NCBI GenBank assembly: GCA_963832135.1
Contig: CAWHTD010000026.1
Span: 252,453 to 316,452 of the forward strand
Length of the DNA: 64,000 nt
Direction of reading: 5' to 3'
Source: Vicinamibacteria bacterium
Lineage (GTDB): Bacteria; Acidobacteriota; Vicinamibacteria; Vicinamibacterales; JAENWD01
Under the pieces are notes generated by a model. It made no database searches and was not told the DNA's origin. It saw only the letters and a program-made list of their open reading frames with translations. The position numbers were made by a program, and so were the translations under genes. Shown piece by piece: positions 1 through 9,709 of the stretch (its first letter is position 1; each line of letters opens with the position of its first letter).

Positions 1-672
1 AAGGCGCGAGGTCGGGGGATCAAGGTACTGACCTGGGACGCCGACTCGGAACCTGATGCGCGCGATTTTCTCGTCAACCAGGCGACGCCGCAGGGCATCG
101 GCGAGACGCTGGCCGACGAAGCTGCGCGGCTGATGAGCGGCTCGGGCGAGTTCGCGATTGTCACGGCGTCGTTGAGCGCGGCCAATCAGAATCAGTGGAT
201 CGGACACATCAAGGCGCGGATCGCGGAGAAGCACCACGGCCTCAAGCTGGTGGCTATCCGGCCGAGTGACGGCGATCGCGATCGCGCCTTCACCGAGACA
301 CAGACCATCTTGAAGGTCTACCCGCGCGTGCGTTTGATCATGGGGATCGCCGCGCCCGCCGTGCCCGGCGCGGCGGAGGCCGTCCGCCAGTCGGGCCGAT
401 CGGATGTAGTAGTCACCGGCCTGTCTCTGCCGAACATGTGCAAGCCGTACGTGCACGCGGGTGTCATCCGCAGCGTGGTGCTGTGGAACACCCGGGATCT
501 GGGTTATCTGACCGTGCGCGCAGCCGCGGCGTTGGCTCGCGGCGAGCTGAAGCGCGGAGACGTGTCGTTCTCTGCCGGCCGCCTCGGCCAGCTCACCGTG
601 GCAGGCGATCAGATCCTGCTCGGAAAGCCGTTCGTGTTCACGAAAGACAACATCGATCAGTTCGACTTCTGA
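1..672 (+). CDS. ABC-transporter periplasmic sugar-binding protein (LsrB/RhaS-like), 5' end outside window
   Basis: Frame 1 is open from base 1 to TGA 670-672. The translation (..IKVLTWDADSEPDARDF..VVVTGLSLPNMCKPYVHAGV..WNTRDLGYL..) resembles a type-I periplasmic monosaccharide-binding protein. Confidence 0.7.
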   Translation, partial: KARGRGIKVLTWDADSEPDARDFLVNQATPQGIGETLADEAARLMSGSGEFAIVTASLSAANQNQWIGHIKARIAEKHHGLKLVAIRPSDGDRDRAFTETQTILKVYPRVRLIMGIAAPAVPGAAEAVRQSGRSDVVVTGLSLPNMCKPYVHAGVIRSVVLWNTRDLGYLTVRAAAALARGELKRGDVSFSAGRLGQLTVAGDQILLGKPFVFTKDNIDQFDF

Positions 673-676
673 GGAC

Positions 677-1426
677 GTGGCATTGCTCGAGAACAAGATC
701 GCAGTGGTGACGGGCGCGGCGCGCGGCATTGGCCTGGCGACGGCCGAGCGCCTCGCGCGAGAAGGCGCCACTGTCGTAGCTGTCGATGTGGACGTCGCCA
801 CCGCATCGCGTGAAGCCGAGGCACTCCGGGAACGTGGCCTGCGCGTCGAGGCGGCCGAGTGCGACGTCTCGGACCGTCGGTCCGTGGCCGTGTGCTTCGC
901 CGGAGTGGAACGCACGCATGGCCGCGTCGACATCCTCGTGAACAATGCCGGCATCGCCGGACGCGCGGCGCCACTCGAGGAACAGACCGACCGCGACTGG
1001 GATGACATGATGCGGATCGATCTGAAGAGCGTCTATCTCTGCTGCCAGGCCGTGCTTCCTGGCATGAAGGCGCGCAAGTACGGGCGAATCGTCAACGTCG
1101 CGTCGATTGCCGGCAAGGAAGGCAACCCGAACATGGTCCCGTATTCCACGGCCAAGGCCGGCGTGATCGGATTGACCAAGGCGTTCGCGAAAGAGGTCGC
1201 GCAGTCGGGCATCTACGTGAACGCGATCGCGCCTGCTGTGATCGAAACGGCGATCCTGGATCAGGTGACACCACAGCAAGTGCAGTACATGGTGCAGCGC
1301 ATTCCAATGGGACGCGTCGGACAACCCGCAGAGGTCGCGGCGCTGATTGCGTGGCTGGCGAGTGACGAGTGCAGCTTCACCACCGGGCAGTGCATCGACA
1401 TCAGCGGCGGGCGGGCAACCTACTAG
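677..1426 (+). CDS. SDR-family oxidoreductase (FabG-like)
   Basis: GTG start lies 5 nt after the upstream stop. Motifs present: TGAARGIG Rossmann motif, NNAG, and catalytic YSTAK (YxxxK). Confidence 0.9.
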   Translation: MALLENKIAVVTGAARGIGLATAERLAREGATVVAVDVDVATASREAEALRERGLRVEAAECDVSDRRSVAVCFAGVERTHGRVDILVNNAGIAGRAAPLEEQTDRDWDDMMRIDLKSVYLCCQAVLPGMKARKYGRIVNVASIAGKEGNPNMVPYSTAKAGVIGLTKAFAKEVAQSGIYVNAIAPAVIETAILDQVTPQQVQYMVQRIPMGRVGQPAEVAALIAWLASDECSFTTGQCIDISGGRATY

Positions 1427-1456
1427 CCGGGTTGGACGGGTTGATGCGCCGCTCAC

Positions 1457-1520
1457 GTGGCGGCGGGGCTTCAGCCCCGCAACTGGCGGCGCACGCGGGC
1501 CTCAAGACCCGCCTCCACAG
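1457..1520. repeat. REP/REPIN-like hairpin doublet (B-type, heads-out)
   Basis: GTGGCG head + GCGGGGC-TTCA-GCCCCGC (1463-1480), then a weaker inverted copy GCGGG..CCCGC + CTCCACAG (1495-1520). Sits between convergent genes. Confidence 0.7.
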
Positions 1521-1543
1521 TCGTAGAAATAAGCGCCCGGTCA

Positions 1544-2836
1544 TTACGCCCGCACTTCGGTCCGGACTTCCCTGTCGTCCGGATCGTGTCGCTCGGTCGT
1601 GGGCTCGACGAGCAGGCCGACACGATCGGCCCAGATCCAGTACAACGCCGTCAGGGAACTGACGACGCCGGAGACCGCGCCGATGACGCGAGGATCGACC
1701 GATTGCGAGGCCAGGCCGGCCGCCAGCATCGACAGCATCATCGTGGCCCATACCAACGACTCGTTGGTCGCAAACACGCGGCCACGATACGCGTCGTCGA
1801 CGTGGCGCAGCAGCAGCGACCAATTGAGCACCGAGCTCACGGCGACAGCCGCGCGAGAGAGCCCGATCCAGATGAGGGCTACGTAGAAATTCGCCGCCTG
1901 GCTGAAGAGCACATACGACCCGCCGTGAATCAGGTAGCAAATCGCAATGGTCCGTTTGTAGCCGCCGAAGGTCAGTCGCGGTCCCAGCTTGTGTGCCACC
2001 GCTCCCCCGACGATGAGCCCGAAGCCGGCGGCACCCCAGATGATGCCGATGCCCGCGGGACCGCGCGCGAACACGAGCTCGCCAAACACGCTGAAGAGGA
2101 TCTGCGCCGCGCCACCGCCTGAGGCCCAGCCGACACCCACCAGGGCGATGGCGAGCATCAGCGGCTGACCGCGAAGATAGCGGAGGCCCTCCGCGTACTC
2201 CCGGAACGGCCGCATGACGTCGGCCTCGGTCATCGCCGCCGCTCGCCTCGGTTGGGCGTCGGGCAGCCGCACCCGGCTGATGGCCCATGCCGAGAACAGG
2301 AACGAGAGCGCGTTGATCACGAATGCGGCCGTGTAGCCGAAGTGCGCGGCGCTGAATCCACCCGCAAGGGTCCCAATGGTGGTCGTCGTCCACTGCGTCG
2401 TCTGCGTCAGGGAATTTGCGGCGTGGAGCTCTTCCTTGCTGGCGATGCGCGGAAGAATGGCCGCCCGTCCGCTCGTGAAAAACGGCGACGCGAACATCAG
2501 CAGGCCGCTCAGCACGTAGAGGAGCCACGGCTTCGGCTGGTGAACGGTCAGCACGAAGCCGAGCGCGACGACGGCGCGCACCAGGTCGGAGGCGATCATC
2601 ACCGTTCGGCGGTCCATGCGGTCGAGGGTCACGCCCGCGAGCGGCCCCGCGAGGACGGCGGGAATCGCGCGCGAGAGCATGACGCCCGAGACGACGAGCC
2701 CTGAGTGCGTGGTGGCGAGCGCCAGGCTGAAGACCGCGATGTTGTTGAAGTGATCGCCGATTTCGCTCACGACCTGTCCTGTCCAGGCCGAGCGGTAGTT
2801 TCGGTTCCGGCGCACCAGGTCGACGAAGCCGGGCAT
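1544..2836 (-). CDS. MFS transporter
   Basis: 430-aa polytopic hydrophobic protein with an MFS loop motif (TLDRMDRRTVM). Confidence 0.85.
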   Translation of the reverse strand: MPGFVDLVRRNRNYRSAWTGQVVSEIGDHFNNIAVFSLALATTHSGLVVSGVMLSRAIPAVLAGPLAGVTLDRMDRRTVMIASDLVRAVVALGFVLTVHQPKPWLLYVLSGLLMFASPFFTSGRAAILPRIASKEELHAANSLTQTTQWTTTTIGTLAGGFSAAHFGYTAAFVINALSFLFSAWAISRVRLPDAQPRRAAAMTEADVMRPFREYAEGLRYLRGQPLMLAIALVGVGWASGGGAAQILFSVFGELVFARGPAGIGIIWGAAGFGLIVGGAVAHKLGPRLTFGGYKRTIAICYLIHGGSYVLFSQAANFYVALIWIGLSRAAVAVSSVLNWSLLLRHVDDAYRGRVFATNESLVWATMMLSMLAAGLASQSVDPRVIGAVSGVVSSLTALYWIWADRVGLLVEPTTERHDPDDREVRTEVRA

Positions 2837-2914
2837 TCAGGGGCGCGGGACCAAAAGAAGAGCGCCGCGCTGGAGTAAGCTTTCGGCCGGGTTGGTCATC
2901 AAGGGAGGACGGAT

Positions 2915-4040
2915 TTGCGACTCTTTTCCATTCTGACATTTCTGGGGACAGTTGTGCTCGGGGCGATGTGGCTTTTGATCCCCGACGCAGCCGCGCAGGA
3001 CGTCTTCACGCCGGCCTCCCCGGAAGTGCACCCCGACCGCACGGTGACGTTTCGTCTGAAGGCGCCAGAAGCCAAGGCGGTCTCGGTGGTGGCGATCGAG
3101 ACGCTGCCGCCCGCGGTGATGACGAAAGACGACAAGGGGATCTGGACCGTGACTGTGGGTCCGCTGGCACCGGCGATCTACAGCTACGCATTTCAGATCG
3201 ACGGCGCGACCGTGACCGACCCACGCAATCCGAACGTCAAGGTGTGGATTCAGTCGAACAGCATGGTGGAGATTCCAGGCAACCCGCCGACAGTCACCGA
3301 GATTCAGGACGTGCCCCACGGCGCCGTCCACCTGCACACATACAAATCCGTGTCGTTGGACACCATCCGGGGACTCGTCGTGTACACGCCGCCGGGCTAC
3401 GATCCGACGTCGGCGACCGTCTATCCGGTTCTGTACCTTGCTGCACGGATTCGGCGACAACCAGCGTGCGTGGACCGATGTGGGACGCGCCCACGTCATC
3501 GCCGACAATCTGATTGCCGCGAAGCGCGCGGTACCGCTCGTGATTGTCATGCCATACGGCCACGGCGTGCCGCCGGAGCAATCTCGAGGTGGACGGTTCG
3601 GCGACAACAACGGACGCTTCATGACCGATCTCGAGCGCGACGTGATGCCTTTGATCGAGAAGGCGTATCGCGTGGCGTCGACGCCCGAGCGCCGCGCCGT
3701 GTCGGGGTTGTCGATGGGGGGCGGCCAGACATTGACGCTCGCCCTGCGGCGCCAGGATCTTTTCCGCTGGGCGGGTGCATTCAGTTCGGCGATTCCAGAC
3801 GGCGATCTGAAGGCCGTCTTCCCAAAGGCGGCGGGCGACCCGGCGGCCTTCAACGCGGGCCAGAAGTTGCTGTGGATCGGCATCGGCAAGAAGGACTTTC
3901 TATTCGAACGGAATCAGGTATTCGACAAGTGGCTCACCGAGACGGGGGTCAAGCACGAGTACGTAGTGACCGAGGGCGGACACACGTGGCTGGTCTGGCG
4001 CGATTACCTCGAGAGGCTGCTCCAGCGGTTGTTCCAGTGA
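2915..4040 (+). pseudogene. Secreted esterase (putative-esterase alpha/beta hydrolase with N-terminal Ig-like domain) interrupted by one +1 frameshift near 3440
   Basis: TTG start after GGGAGG, followed by a signal peptide. Frame 2 reads ..TVYPVLYL and then degenerates. Frame 3 from 3441 continues LHGFGDNQRAW..GLSMGGGQ (GxSxG). Removing one base near g3440 restores the YPVLYLLHGFGDN motif. Confidence 0.8.
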
Positions 4041-4061
4041 CGCACGAGATAGAATGGATCC

Positions 4062-4610
4062 ATGCCGTTGGTTACATTCGAACAGTTGCCCGCCGACGCA
4101 CGGCTGTGGATCTTCGCGGCCGAGCGGCCCCTGTCATCAGATGAGCGCGATCGGCTGCTGACGATCGTCGACCAGTTTCTGGCGCACTGGAAGGCGCATG
4201 GCGTCCCCCTGACCGCCGCGCGCGACTGGCGGTACGACCGGTTTCTCCTGGTTGGCGTGGACGAAGCCGCGGCGGACGCCTCGGGTTGCTCGATCGATGC
4301 CATGGTGCGGCAATTCGAACAGCTCGAGACGGCGATTGGCGTCGCCCTGCTCGATCACGGGCCGGTGCTCTTCCGGCGCGGCAACGCGATTGAACGGGTG
4401 GCGCGGCCTGTCTTCGCCGATCTGGCGCGTCAGGGCATCGTCTCGCCGGACACCGTGGTGTTCAACAACACCGTGACGCGTGTCGGCGACGTGCGTGAAG
4501 GAAAGTGGGAGACGCCTGCACGGGCGTCGTGGCATGCGCGGGCGTTCAACCTGACCAACCCGGCTAACCAGACCCACCCAGCCAACCCGAGCAACGAGGT
4601 TGTCCGGTGA
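4062..4610 (+). CDS. Conserved hypothetical protein (family often mis-annotated as ABC transporter ATPase)
   Basis: 182-aa ORF with ..AHWKAHG..ASGCSID..VFNNTV..W..SWHA pattern. The C-terminal tail (NLTNPANQTHPANPSN) is encoded by the AACC word repeat. Confidence 0.55.
   Translation: MPLVTFEQLPADARLWIFAAERPLSSDERDRLLTIVDQFLAHWKAHGVPLTAARDWRYDRFLLVGVDEAAADASGCSIDAMVRQFEQLETAIGVALLDHGPVLFRRGNAIERVARPVFADLARQGIVSPDTVVFNNTVTRVGDVREGKWETPARASWHARAFNLTNPANQTHPANPSNEVVR
4546..4596. repeat. AACC-word low-complexity repeat (contains AACCTGACCAACC, also found at 57885-57897)
   Basis: tcAACCTGACCAACCcggctAACCagACCcACCcagccAACCcgagcAAC lies inside the 3' end of CDS 4062-4610. Confidence 0.7.
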
Positions 4611-4960
4611 TTGCGCTTGTCTGGCAGTTCGAGGTCAAAACGGGCAAGCAGGCCGAGTTCGAATCGCTCTATGGCGCCGACGGAGCGTGGACGAACCTGA
4701 GCCGTCGCAGTCGATCGTTTCTGGGCAGCTCGTTTCTTCGTGATCTCGCGGGCGCGAACCGGTACCTCGTGACCGAGTACTGGAGCGAGATGGTCGTCTA
4801 CGAGAAACACCATGCGACGTTCGAAGCGGAGCTGAAGGCACTCGAACGCCAGCGCGACACGCTCGTGCAGTCCGGACAGCCGCTCGGCTTATTCAACGCC
4901 CTGGACGTGCCCGACCGCGCGGGCCCCACCTGGTCGCAGCGCAGCGGACGCGCGGACTGA
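4607..4960 (+). CDS. Antibiotic-biosynthesis-monooxygenase (ABM/Dabb) domain protein
   Basis: GTG start overlaps the upstream stop (GTGA). The 117-aa ferredoxin-like pattern is MIALVWQFEVK..YLVTEYWS. Confidence 0.65.
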   Translation: MIALVWQFEVKTGKQAEFESLYGADGAWTNLSRRSRSFLGSSFLRDLAGANRYLVTEYWSEMVVYEKHHATFEAELKALERQRDTLVQSGQPLGLFNALDVPDRAGPTWSQRSGRAD

Positions 4961-4961
4961 C

Positions 4962-5047
4962 GCCCAGGCCAAGGCTTGGGCCTCCGACTATCGAACGCCA
5001 AGGTACGACAGCCGGACGCCGCGGAAGGCCCGAGCTTCCGCTCGGGC
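4962..5047. repeat. REP/REPIN-like hairpin doublet (C-type, heads-in)
   Basis: GCCCAGGC-CAAG-GCTTGGGC (4962-4981, head CTCCGA on the right) and GCCCGAGC-TTCC-GCTCGGGC (5028-5047, head CGGAAG on the left). Confidence 0.7.
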
Positions 5048-5108
5048 ACACTCAAACCCGACAGTTGCTGCCTCTTCCGGGTGCTGATAAAGTCCCTAGG
5101 TTCCGGGG

Positions 5109-5705
5109 GTGGGGTTGAAGCACGTCATCAAGCAGTACGCGCTCGAGCAGGGCGCGCTCGAAATCCAATACATCGAGGAATTCTTCGGTGAGTTTCCACG
5201 CCGGAAATCGGCGTCGGAGATCGTGGAGCGGCTCGAGGATCGCGAGCACCTGATCCACATGATCGAAGCCGCGCTGCCCGATGAGCCCAGCCAGGTCGTG
5301 CCCGTCGCCTATAAGGTCGGCCACGAAATCCGGCCGCATGAGGACATCCCGAAGCTGGCGGACCTGGTGAGGCGGCTCGACGGCGCCGTGCAGTTCGAAG
5401 GCCGGAAAGTGCTCTATGCCTGGATTGGCGCCACGCGCAGGGACTGGCGCGGCCAGGGCTTTTTTCGTGCGCTGAGCGAAGAGCAGGAAGCGTGGGCCTA
5501 CGAGAACGGATTTCACGAGATCGTCGTCAAGACAAAGAACAAGTTCTACGAGATGCGCGGCACGCTCGACAATCTCCAGTTCGAGGTCGTGAAACTCGAG
5601 CCGCACCCCACGGACCGCGGCGAATCCAAGGTCTATCTGAGCAAGAGGCTCGACGCTTCGGTGCTGAAGAGCCACAAGCTGTCGCGGACCGTCGTGAAGG
5701 TCTGA
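5109..5705 (+). CDS. GNAT-family N-acetyltransferase
   Basis: 198-aa ORF with an acetyl-CoA pocket motif (RRDWRGQGFF). Confidence 0.65.
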   Translation: MGLKHVIKQYALEQGALEIQYIEEFFGEFPRRKSASEIVERLEDREHLIHMIEAALPDEPSQVVPVAYKVGHEIRPHEDIPKLADLVRRLDGAVQFEGRKVLYAWIGATRRDWRGQGFFRALSEEQEAWAYENGFHEIVVKTKNKFYEMRGTLDNLQFEVVKLEPHPTDRGESKVYLSKRLDASVLKSHKLSRTVVKV

Positions 5706-5707
5706 CG

Positions 5708-6367
5708 GTGTTTCTCGGACACTACGCGGCCGCGCTCGGCGCGAAGAAACTCGCGCCCTATTCCTCGCTCGGAACCCTCATCCTGGCCGGCCAGCTCTCC
5801 GATCTCTTGTGGCCGACGTTCCTGCTATGGGGCGCCGAAGAGGTCCGCATCGTCCCGAACAATCCCCCTCTCTTGCGACTCGACTTCGTCAGCTATCCCT
5901 GGTCGCACAGCCTTCTGATGGTTGCCATGTGGGCAGGACTCATCGCGGCGCTCTACGCGTTTTTCAGGCGATACCCGCGCGGCACCGTGGTCGTCGCCGT
6001 GCTCGTCCTGTCCCACTGGGTGCTCGATGTCCTCAGCCATCGTCCCGACATGCCGCTCGCCTGGTGGGGAGGACCGTTGGTCGGTCTCGGACTTTGGTAC
6101 TCGCAGACCGGCACGATCGCCGTCGAGGCGCTGCTCTTTGGCATTGGCACGTGGATCTACGCGCGCCACACCGAGCCGGTCGACAAGATTGGCCAATATG
6201 CATTCGGCGCATTCGTCATCGTCCTGGTGATTGCCTACACGGCCAGCCTTCTTGGGCCGCCGCCGCCAGACGCCACGACCCTCGCCTGGTCGGCGCAGGT
6301 TCTTTGGATTTTCGTCGCGTGGGGCTACTTCCTCGATCGGCACAGGGTGGCGGCGCGGCAGTGGTAG
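5708..6367 (+). CDS. Membrane-bound metal-dependent hydrolase (YdjM-like)
   Basis: GTG start lies 3 nt after the upstream stop. The long ORF from 5492 overlaps the previous gene and is trimmed. Multi-TM protein with His-rich motifs (PWSHSLL, SHWVLDVLSHRPD). Confidence 0.6.
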   Translation: MFLGHYAAALGAKKLAPYSSLGTLILAGQLSDLLWPTFLLWGAEEVRIVPNNPPLLRLDFVSYPWSHSLLMVAMWAGLIAALYAFFRRYPRGTVVVAVLVLSHWVLDVLSHRPDMPLAWWGGPLVGLGLWYSQTGTIAVEALLFGIGTWIYARHTEPVDKIGQYAFGAFVIVLVIAYTASLLGPPPPDATTLAWSAQVLWIFVAWGYFLDRHRVAARQW

Positions 6368-6372
6368 CCTAC

Positions 6373-6428
6373 GGAAGAAATCGAGAAATCGAGAAACCGA
6401 GAACTCGAGAATAAGAGAACGAGAAGAC
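6373..6428. repeat. GAGAA-word repeat (dispersed family, copy 1)
   Basis: ggaaGAAATCGAGAAATCGAGAAACCGAGAACTCGAGAATAAGAGAACGAGAAG, T-poor on the + strand, immediately 3' of a + strand gene. Confidence 0.8.
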
Positions 6429-6490
6429 ATGTAGCACGGACCTTCCGCCATAGCCTTTGGCGGAGGCTGGTCAGGTGCGCGTAGACACCT

Positions 6491-8194
6491 ATGCGATCGA
6501 AACTGACGTTTGGATTCCTCGGCCTGTTCGTTGCCACCCTGTCGGGCCAGTCGCCGCGGCCGGTCTTCGATATCGTGATCGCCGGCGGACGCATCGTCGA
6601 CGGTACTGGCGCTCCCTGGTTTCACGGGGACGTCGGAATCCGGGGCGATCGCATCACCGCGATAGGCGATCTGCACGAGGCCGCCGCCACGACGCAGGTC
6701 GATGCGACGAATCTGATCGTCGCGCCTGGCTTCATAGACATGCTCGGCCAGTCGGAGTTCAACGTGCTCGTCGACGGCCGCGCGGCCTCGAAGATCATGA
6801 TGGGCGTCACGACCGAGATCACCGGTGAAGGCCGCGCCATCGCGCCCGTCAACGCCCGCATGATCGAGCAGGACAGAGCACAGTGGGACCATTACGGGCT
6901 CACGCAGGATTTCCAGACGCTCGCGGGCTACTTCGTCCGACTGGAGACACGATCGAGGCCGGCCCTCAACATCGGCAGCTTCGTCGGCGCCGGCGGCGTG
7001 CGAGACTTCGTCATCGGCCGGGAGAATATTCCAGCAACCACCACCCACCTGGATCAGATGAGAAAGGTGGTGGCCCAGGCGATGGAGGAAGGCGCGCTCG
7101 GCCTCAGCACGTCGCTTCAGTACGTTCCCGACCGCTTTGCCACGACAGAAGAAGTAATCGAGCTGGCAAAGGTCGCGCACCGCTATGGCGGCGTATACCT
7201 CACGCATCAGCGATCTGAAAGCGGGCAGATCTTCGAGTCGATCGACGAGGTAATCCGCATCAGCCGCGAGGCGAAGATTCCCGCTGAAATCTGGCACCTC
7301 AAGACGGCATACAAGGCGAACTGGGGAAAAATGCCCGGCGTGCTCGCCCGCCTTCACGCGGCGCGCGCCGACGGACTGGACGTCACGGCAAATCAGTATC
7401 CCTACACGCGTGCGTCGAACGGGCTCGACGCGTGCCTGCCGCTCTGGGTGCGTGAGGGCGGTCTCGACGCGATGCTCGGACGCCTGAAGGATCCCGCACT
7501 GAGAGAGCGTATCAAGCGCGAGATGGAGGACCCGAACGTCACCGGCTGGGAGAATCAGTGGTACGGCTCGGGGGGCAGCGATGGCGTCATGGTGTCGGCG
7601 GTCCTCAATCCCGAGCTGCGCAAATGGGAAGGCCTGACCTTGACCGAGATCGGCAAGGCAATGGGCAAGGATCCGCGTGACGCGCTGATGGATCTGGTCA
7701 TCGCCGATCGCGGTGAAACCGACTGCATCATCGCGATCATGAACGAGGAAGACGTACGGACGGCGTTGAAGGACCCGCTGGTAGCCATCGACACAGATTC
7801 AGGCGCGCGCGCCGAGGATGGGCCGCTCTCGGAGTCGAAGTCGCACCCGCGCTGCTGGGGCACGTTCGCGCGAATCCTTGGGCACTACGTCCGCGACGAG
7901 AGGCTTCTGACGCTCGAGGAAGCCGTTCGAAAGATGACCTCCCGGCCCGCGGCCCGCGTTGGCCTTCAGGACCGCGGACTCTTGCGCACGGGCATGGCGG
8001 CAGATATCACTGTTTTTGACCCGGCGACCATCCACGACGTCGCCACGTTCGAAGATCCAAACCACTACGCCGTCGGCGTGGCGCACGTCTTCGTCAACGG
8101 CGAGGCGGTCGTTTCTAACGGCAAGATCACCAATGCCCGCCCCGGCCGCCCCTTGCGCGGACCTGGCTATAAACCTGCGGCGCAATTGCGGTGA
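6491..8194 (+). CDS. N-acyl-D-amino-acid deacylase family amidohydrolase (paralog 1)
   Basis: Signal peptide, then FDIVIAGGRIVDGTGAPWF..VAPGFID. Full-length similarity to the 21368-22969 paralog. The canonical HxH after GFID is replaced by MLGQS. Confidence 0.8.
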   Translation: MRSKLTFGFLGLFVATLSGQSPRPVFDIVIAGGRIVDGTGAPWFHGDVGIRGDRITAIGDLHEAAATTQVDATNLIVAPGFIDMLGQSEFNVLVDGRAASKIMMGVTTEITGEGRAIAPVNARMIEQDRAQWDHYGLTQDFQTLAGYFVRLETRSRPALNIGSFVGAGGVRDFVIGRENIPATTTHLDQMRKVVAQAMEEGALGLSTSLQYVPDRFATTEEVIELAKVAHRYGGVYLTHQRSESGQIFESIDEVIRISREAKIPAEIWHLKTAYKANWGKMPGVLARLHAARADGLDVTANQYPYTRASNGLDACLPLWVREGGLDAMLGRLKDPALRERIKREMEDPNVTGWENQWYGSGGSDGVMVSAVLNPELRKWEGLTLTEIGKAMGKDPRDALMDLVIADRGETDCIIAIMNEEDVRTALKDPLVAIDTDSGARAEDGPLSESKSHPRCWGTFARILGHYVRDERLLTLEEAVRKMTSRPAARVGLQDRGLLRTGMAADITVFDPATIHDVATFEDPNHYAVGVAHVFVNGEAVVSNGKITNARPGRPLRGPGYKPAAQLR

Positions 8195-8212
8195 GCCCGG
8201 AGTCGGTTGCGT

Positions 8213-8282
8213 GTGGCGGCGGGCCTTCCGGCCCGCGTTCTCTTCGCAGGTTGTCGCAGGGCTAAAGCCCCGCCTCCACAGG
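8213..8282. repeat. REP/REPIN-like hairpin doublet (B-type, heads-out)
   Basis: GTGGCG + GCGGGCC-TTCC-GGCCCGC (8219-8236) and GCAGGGC-TAAA-GCCCCGC + CTCCACAG (8256-8282). Confidence 0.75.
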
Positions 8283-8307
8283 TAGATAGTGTTGTAATCT
8301 CCGGTCG

Positions 8308-9678
8308 ATGTCTCCGCTCGACCGCGCCCGCCGCAAGGCCTACTGGCGGCTCCTGCCCCTCTGCTTCATCTGCTACGTCATCGCCTACGTCGATCGCGCG
8401 AACGTCTCCATCGCGAAGCTGACGATGACGAAGGACCTGGCGGGATTCGACAATGCGGTGATCGGGTTCGGAGCTGGAGTGTTTTTCATCGGCTACTTCC
8501 TGCTGGAGATTCCCGGCACGCTCATCATCGAGCGGTGGAGCGCGCGCAAGTGGCTGGCGCGCATCATGGTGACGTGGGGCATCATGGCGGCCCTCACCGC
8601 TGCCGTCCAGACACCCTGGCAGTTCTACAGCGTCCGTTTTCTGCTGGGTCTGGCCGAAGCGGGATTCTTTCCCGGCGTCATCGTCTATCTGACGCACTGG
8701 TTCCCGGCACGCGATCGCGCTCGCGCCCTCGCCTATTTCCTCATCGGCACGCCCGTCGCGCAAATCATCAGCCCCAAGATCTCCAGCGCGCTGCTCGTCA
8801 TCGGCACCGATCAGGTATCTGCGACAGGCGTGGCCATTCACCACCCGGAGCTGCTCGGACTGGAAGGGTGGCAGTGGGTGTACATCTTCTGGGGCATCCC
8901 TGCGGTGGTCCTCGGAGCGGTCGTCTTCTTCGCGCTCACCGACTACCCACATCAGGCGCGCTGGCTGACCGTCGAGGAGCGTGACGCGCTGCAGGCCGAG
9001 CTCGATCGGGACAAGGGACGCGCCGGCAAGAAGCGGCTGACACTCGCCGAAGGCCTGCGCCATCCGCGCGTGCTCCTCCTTGCCCTCGCATATTTTCTTG
9101 CCGTGACGGGCAGCTACGGCATCGAGTTCTTTCTGCCGAGCATTCTCGATCGATGGTATGGGCTGAAGCTCAGCACCCTGACCTGGCTGGTAATGCTTCC
9201 GCCTGTCCTCTCGTTGCTCGGGCAACTGACGTGTGGCTGGAGCTCCGATCGCACGAAGGAACGGATGTGGCACACCGTGGTGCCGATGCTCTGCGGCGCC
9301 GTCGGCCTGGGAATGGCCGTGTGGTCGCGCGGGTCGCTGGTGTTGACGATCGCGTGCTTCATGGTCGCGGCCGCGGGCCTGAAGTCGTATCAGCCCGCGT
9401 TCTGGTCGCTGCCAAGCCTCTTTCTCACCGACACGGCCGCCGCCGGCAGCATCGGCCTGATCAACTCGCTGGGCAATCTCGGAGGCTTCCTCGGCCCCTT
9501 TCTCGTCGGCAGCGTGGAAACGATGACTGGGTCTTTCGAAAGCGGTCTGCTGTTTCTCGCGGCGTCGTCGGCCGCTGGGGCACTCACCATCTTTCTGATG
9601 GGCGTCGGGCGGCCCGAGGTCCCCGAGACTCCGGCCATCTTACCGACGCTCGATTCGGTCCACACCACAGTCCGCTGA
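8308..9678 (+). CDS. MFS transporter (anion:cation symporter/ACS-like)
   Basis: 456 aa, 12-TM profile, with YVDRANVSIAKL and GLAEAGFFPG motifs typical of the ACS subfamily. Confidence 0.85.
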   Translation: MSPLDRARRKAYWRLLPLCFICYVIAYVDRANVSIAKLTMTKDLAGFDNAVIGFGAGVFFIGYFLLEIPGTLIIERWSARKWLARIMVTWGIMAALTAAVQTPWQFYSVRFLLGLAEAGFFPGVIVYLTHWFPARDRARALAYFLIGTPVAQIISPKISSALLVIGTDQVSATGVAIHHPELLGLEGWQWVYIFWGIPAVVLGAVVFFALTDYPHQARWLTVEERDALQAELDRDKGRAGKKRLTLAEGLRHPRVLLLALAYFLAVTGSYGIEFFLPSILDRWYGLKLSTLTWLVMLPPVLSLLGQLTCGWSSDRTKERMWHTVVPMLCGAVGLGMAVWSRGSLVLTIACFMVAAAGLKSYQPAFWSLPSLFLTDTAAAGSIGLINSLGNLGGFLGPFLVGSVETMTGSFESGLLFLAASSAAGALTIFLMGVGRPEVPETPAILPTLDSVHTTVR

Positions 9679-9709
9679 CCGTCTGCGGCGCAAGGCACCA
9701 GACACCCAC

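Noticed and set aside
1401-2939. Long ORFs antisense to or overlapping annotated genes. Examples: 1401-2939(-), 5825-7357(-), 8167-9273(-), 17540-19360(+), 34980-36998(-), 48400-49281(-), 55636-56781(-), 60642-62135(-).
   Set aside because: Their translations are Arg/Pro/Gly/Ala-rich with no domain-like patterns. They lie opposite ORFs with clear family signatures. These are typical shadow ORFs of high-GC DNA.
6373-6428. CRISPR array, suggested by the various short tandem or inverted repeats.
   Set aside because: Repeat units are 5-17 nt and contiguous or degenerate, with no unique spacers of 25-40 nt. There are no cas genes in the window.
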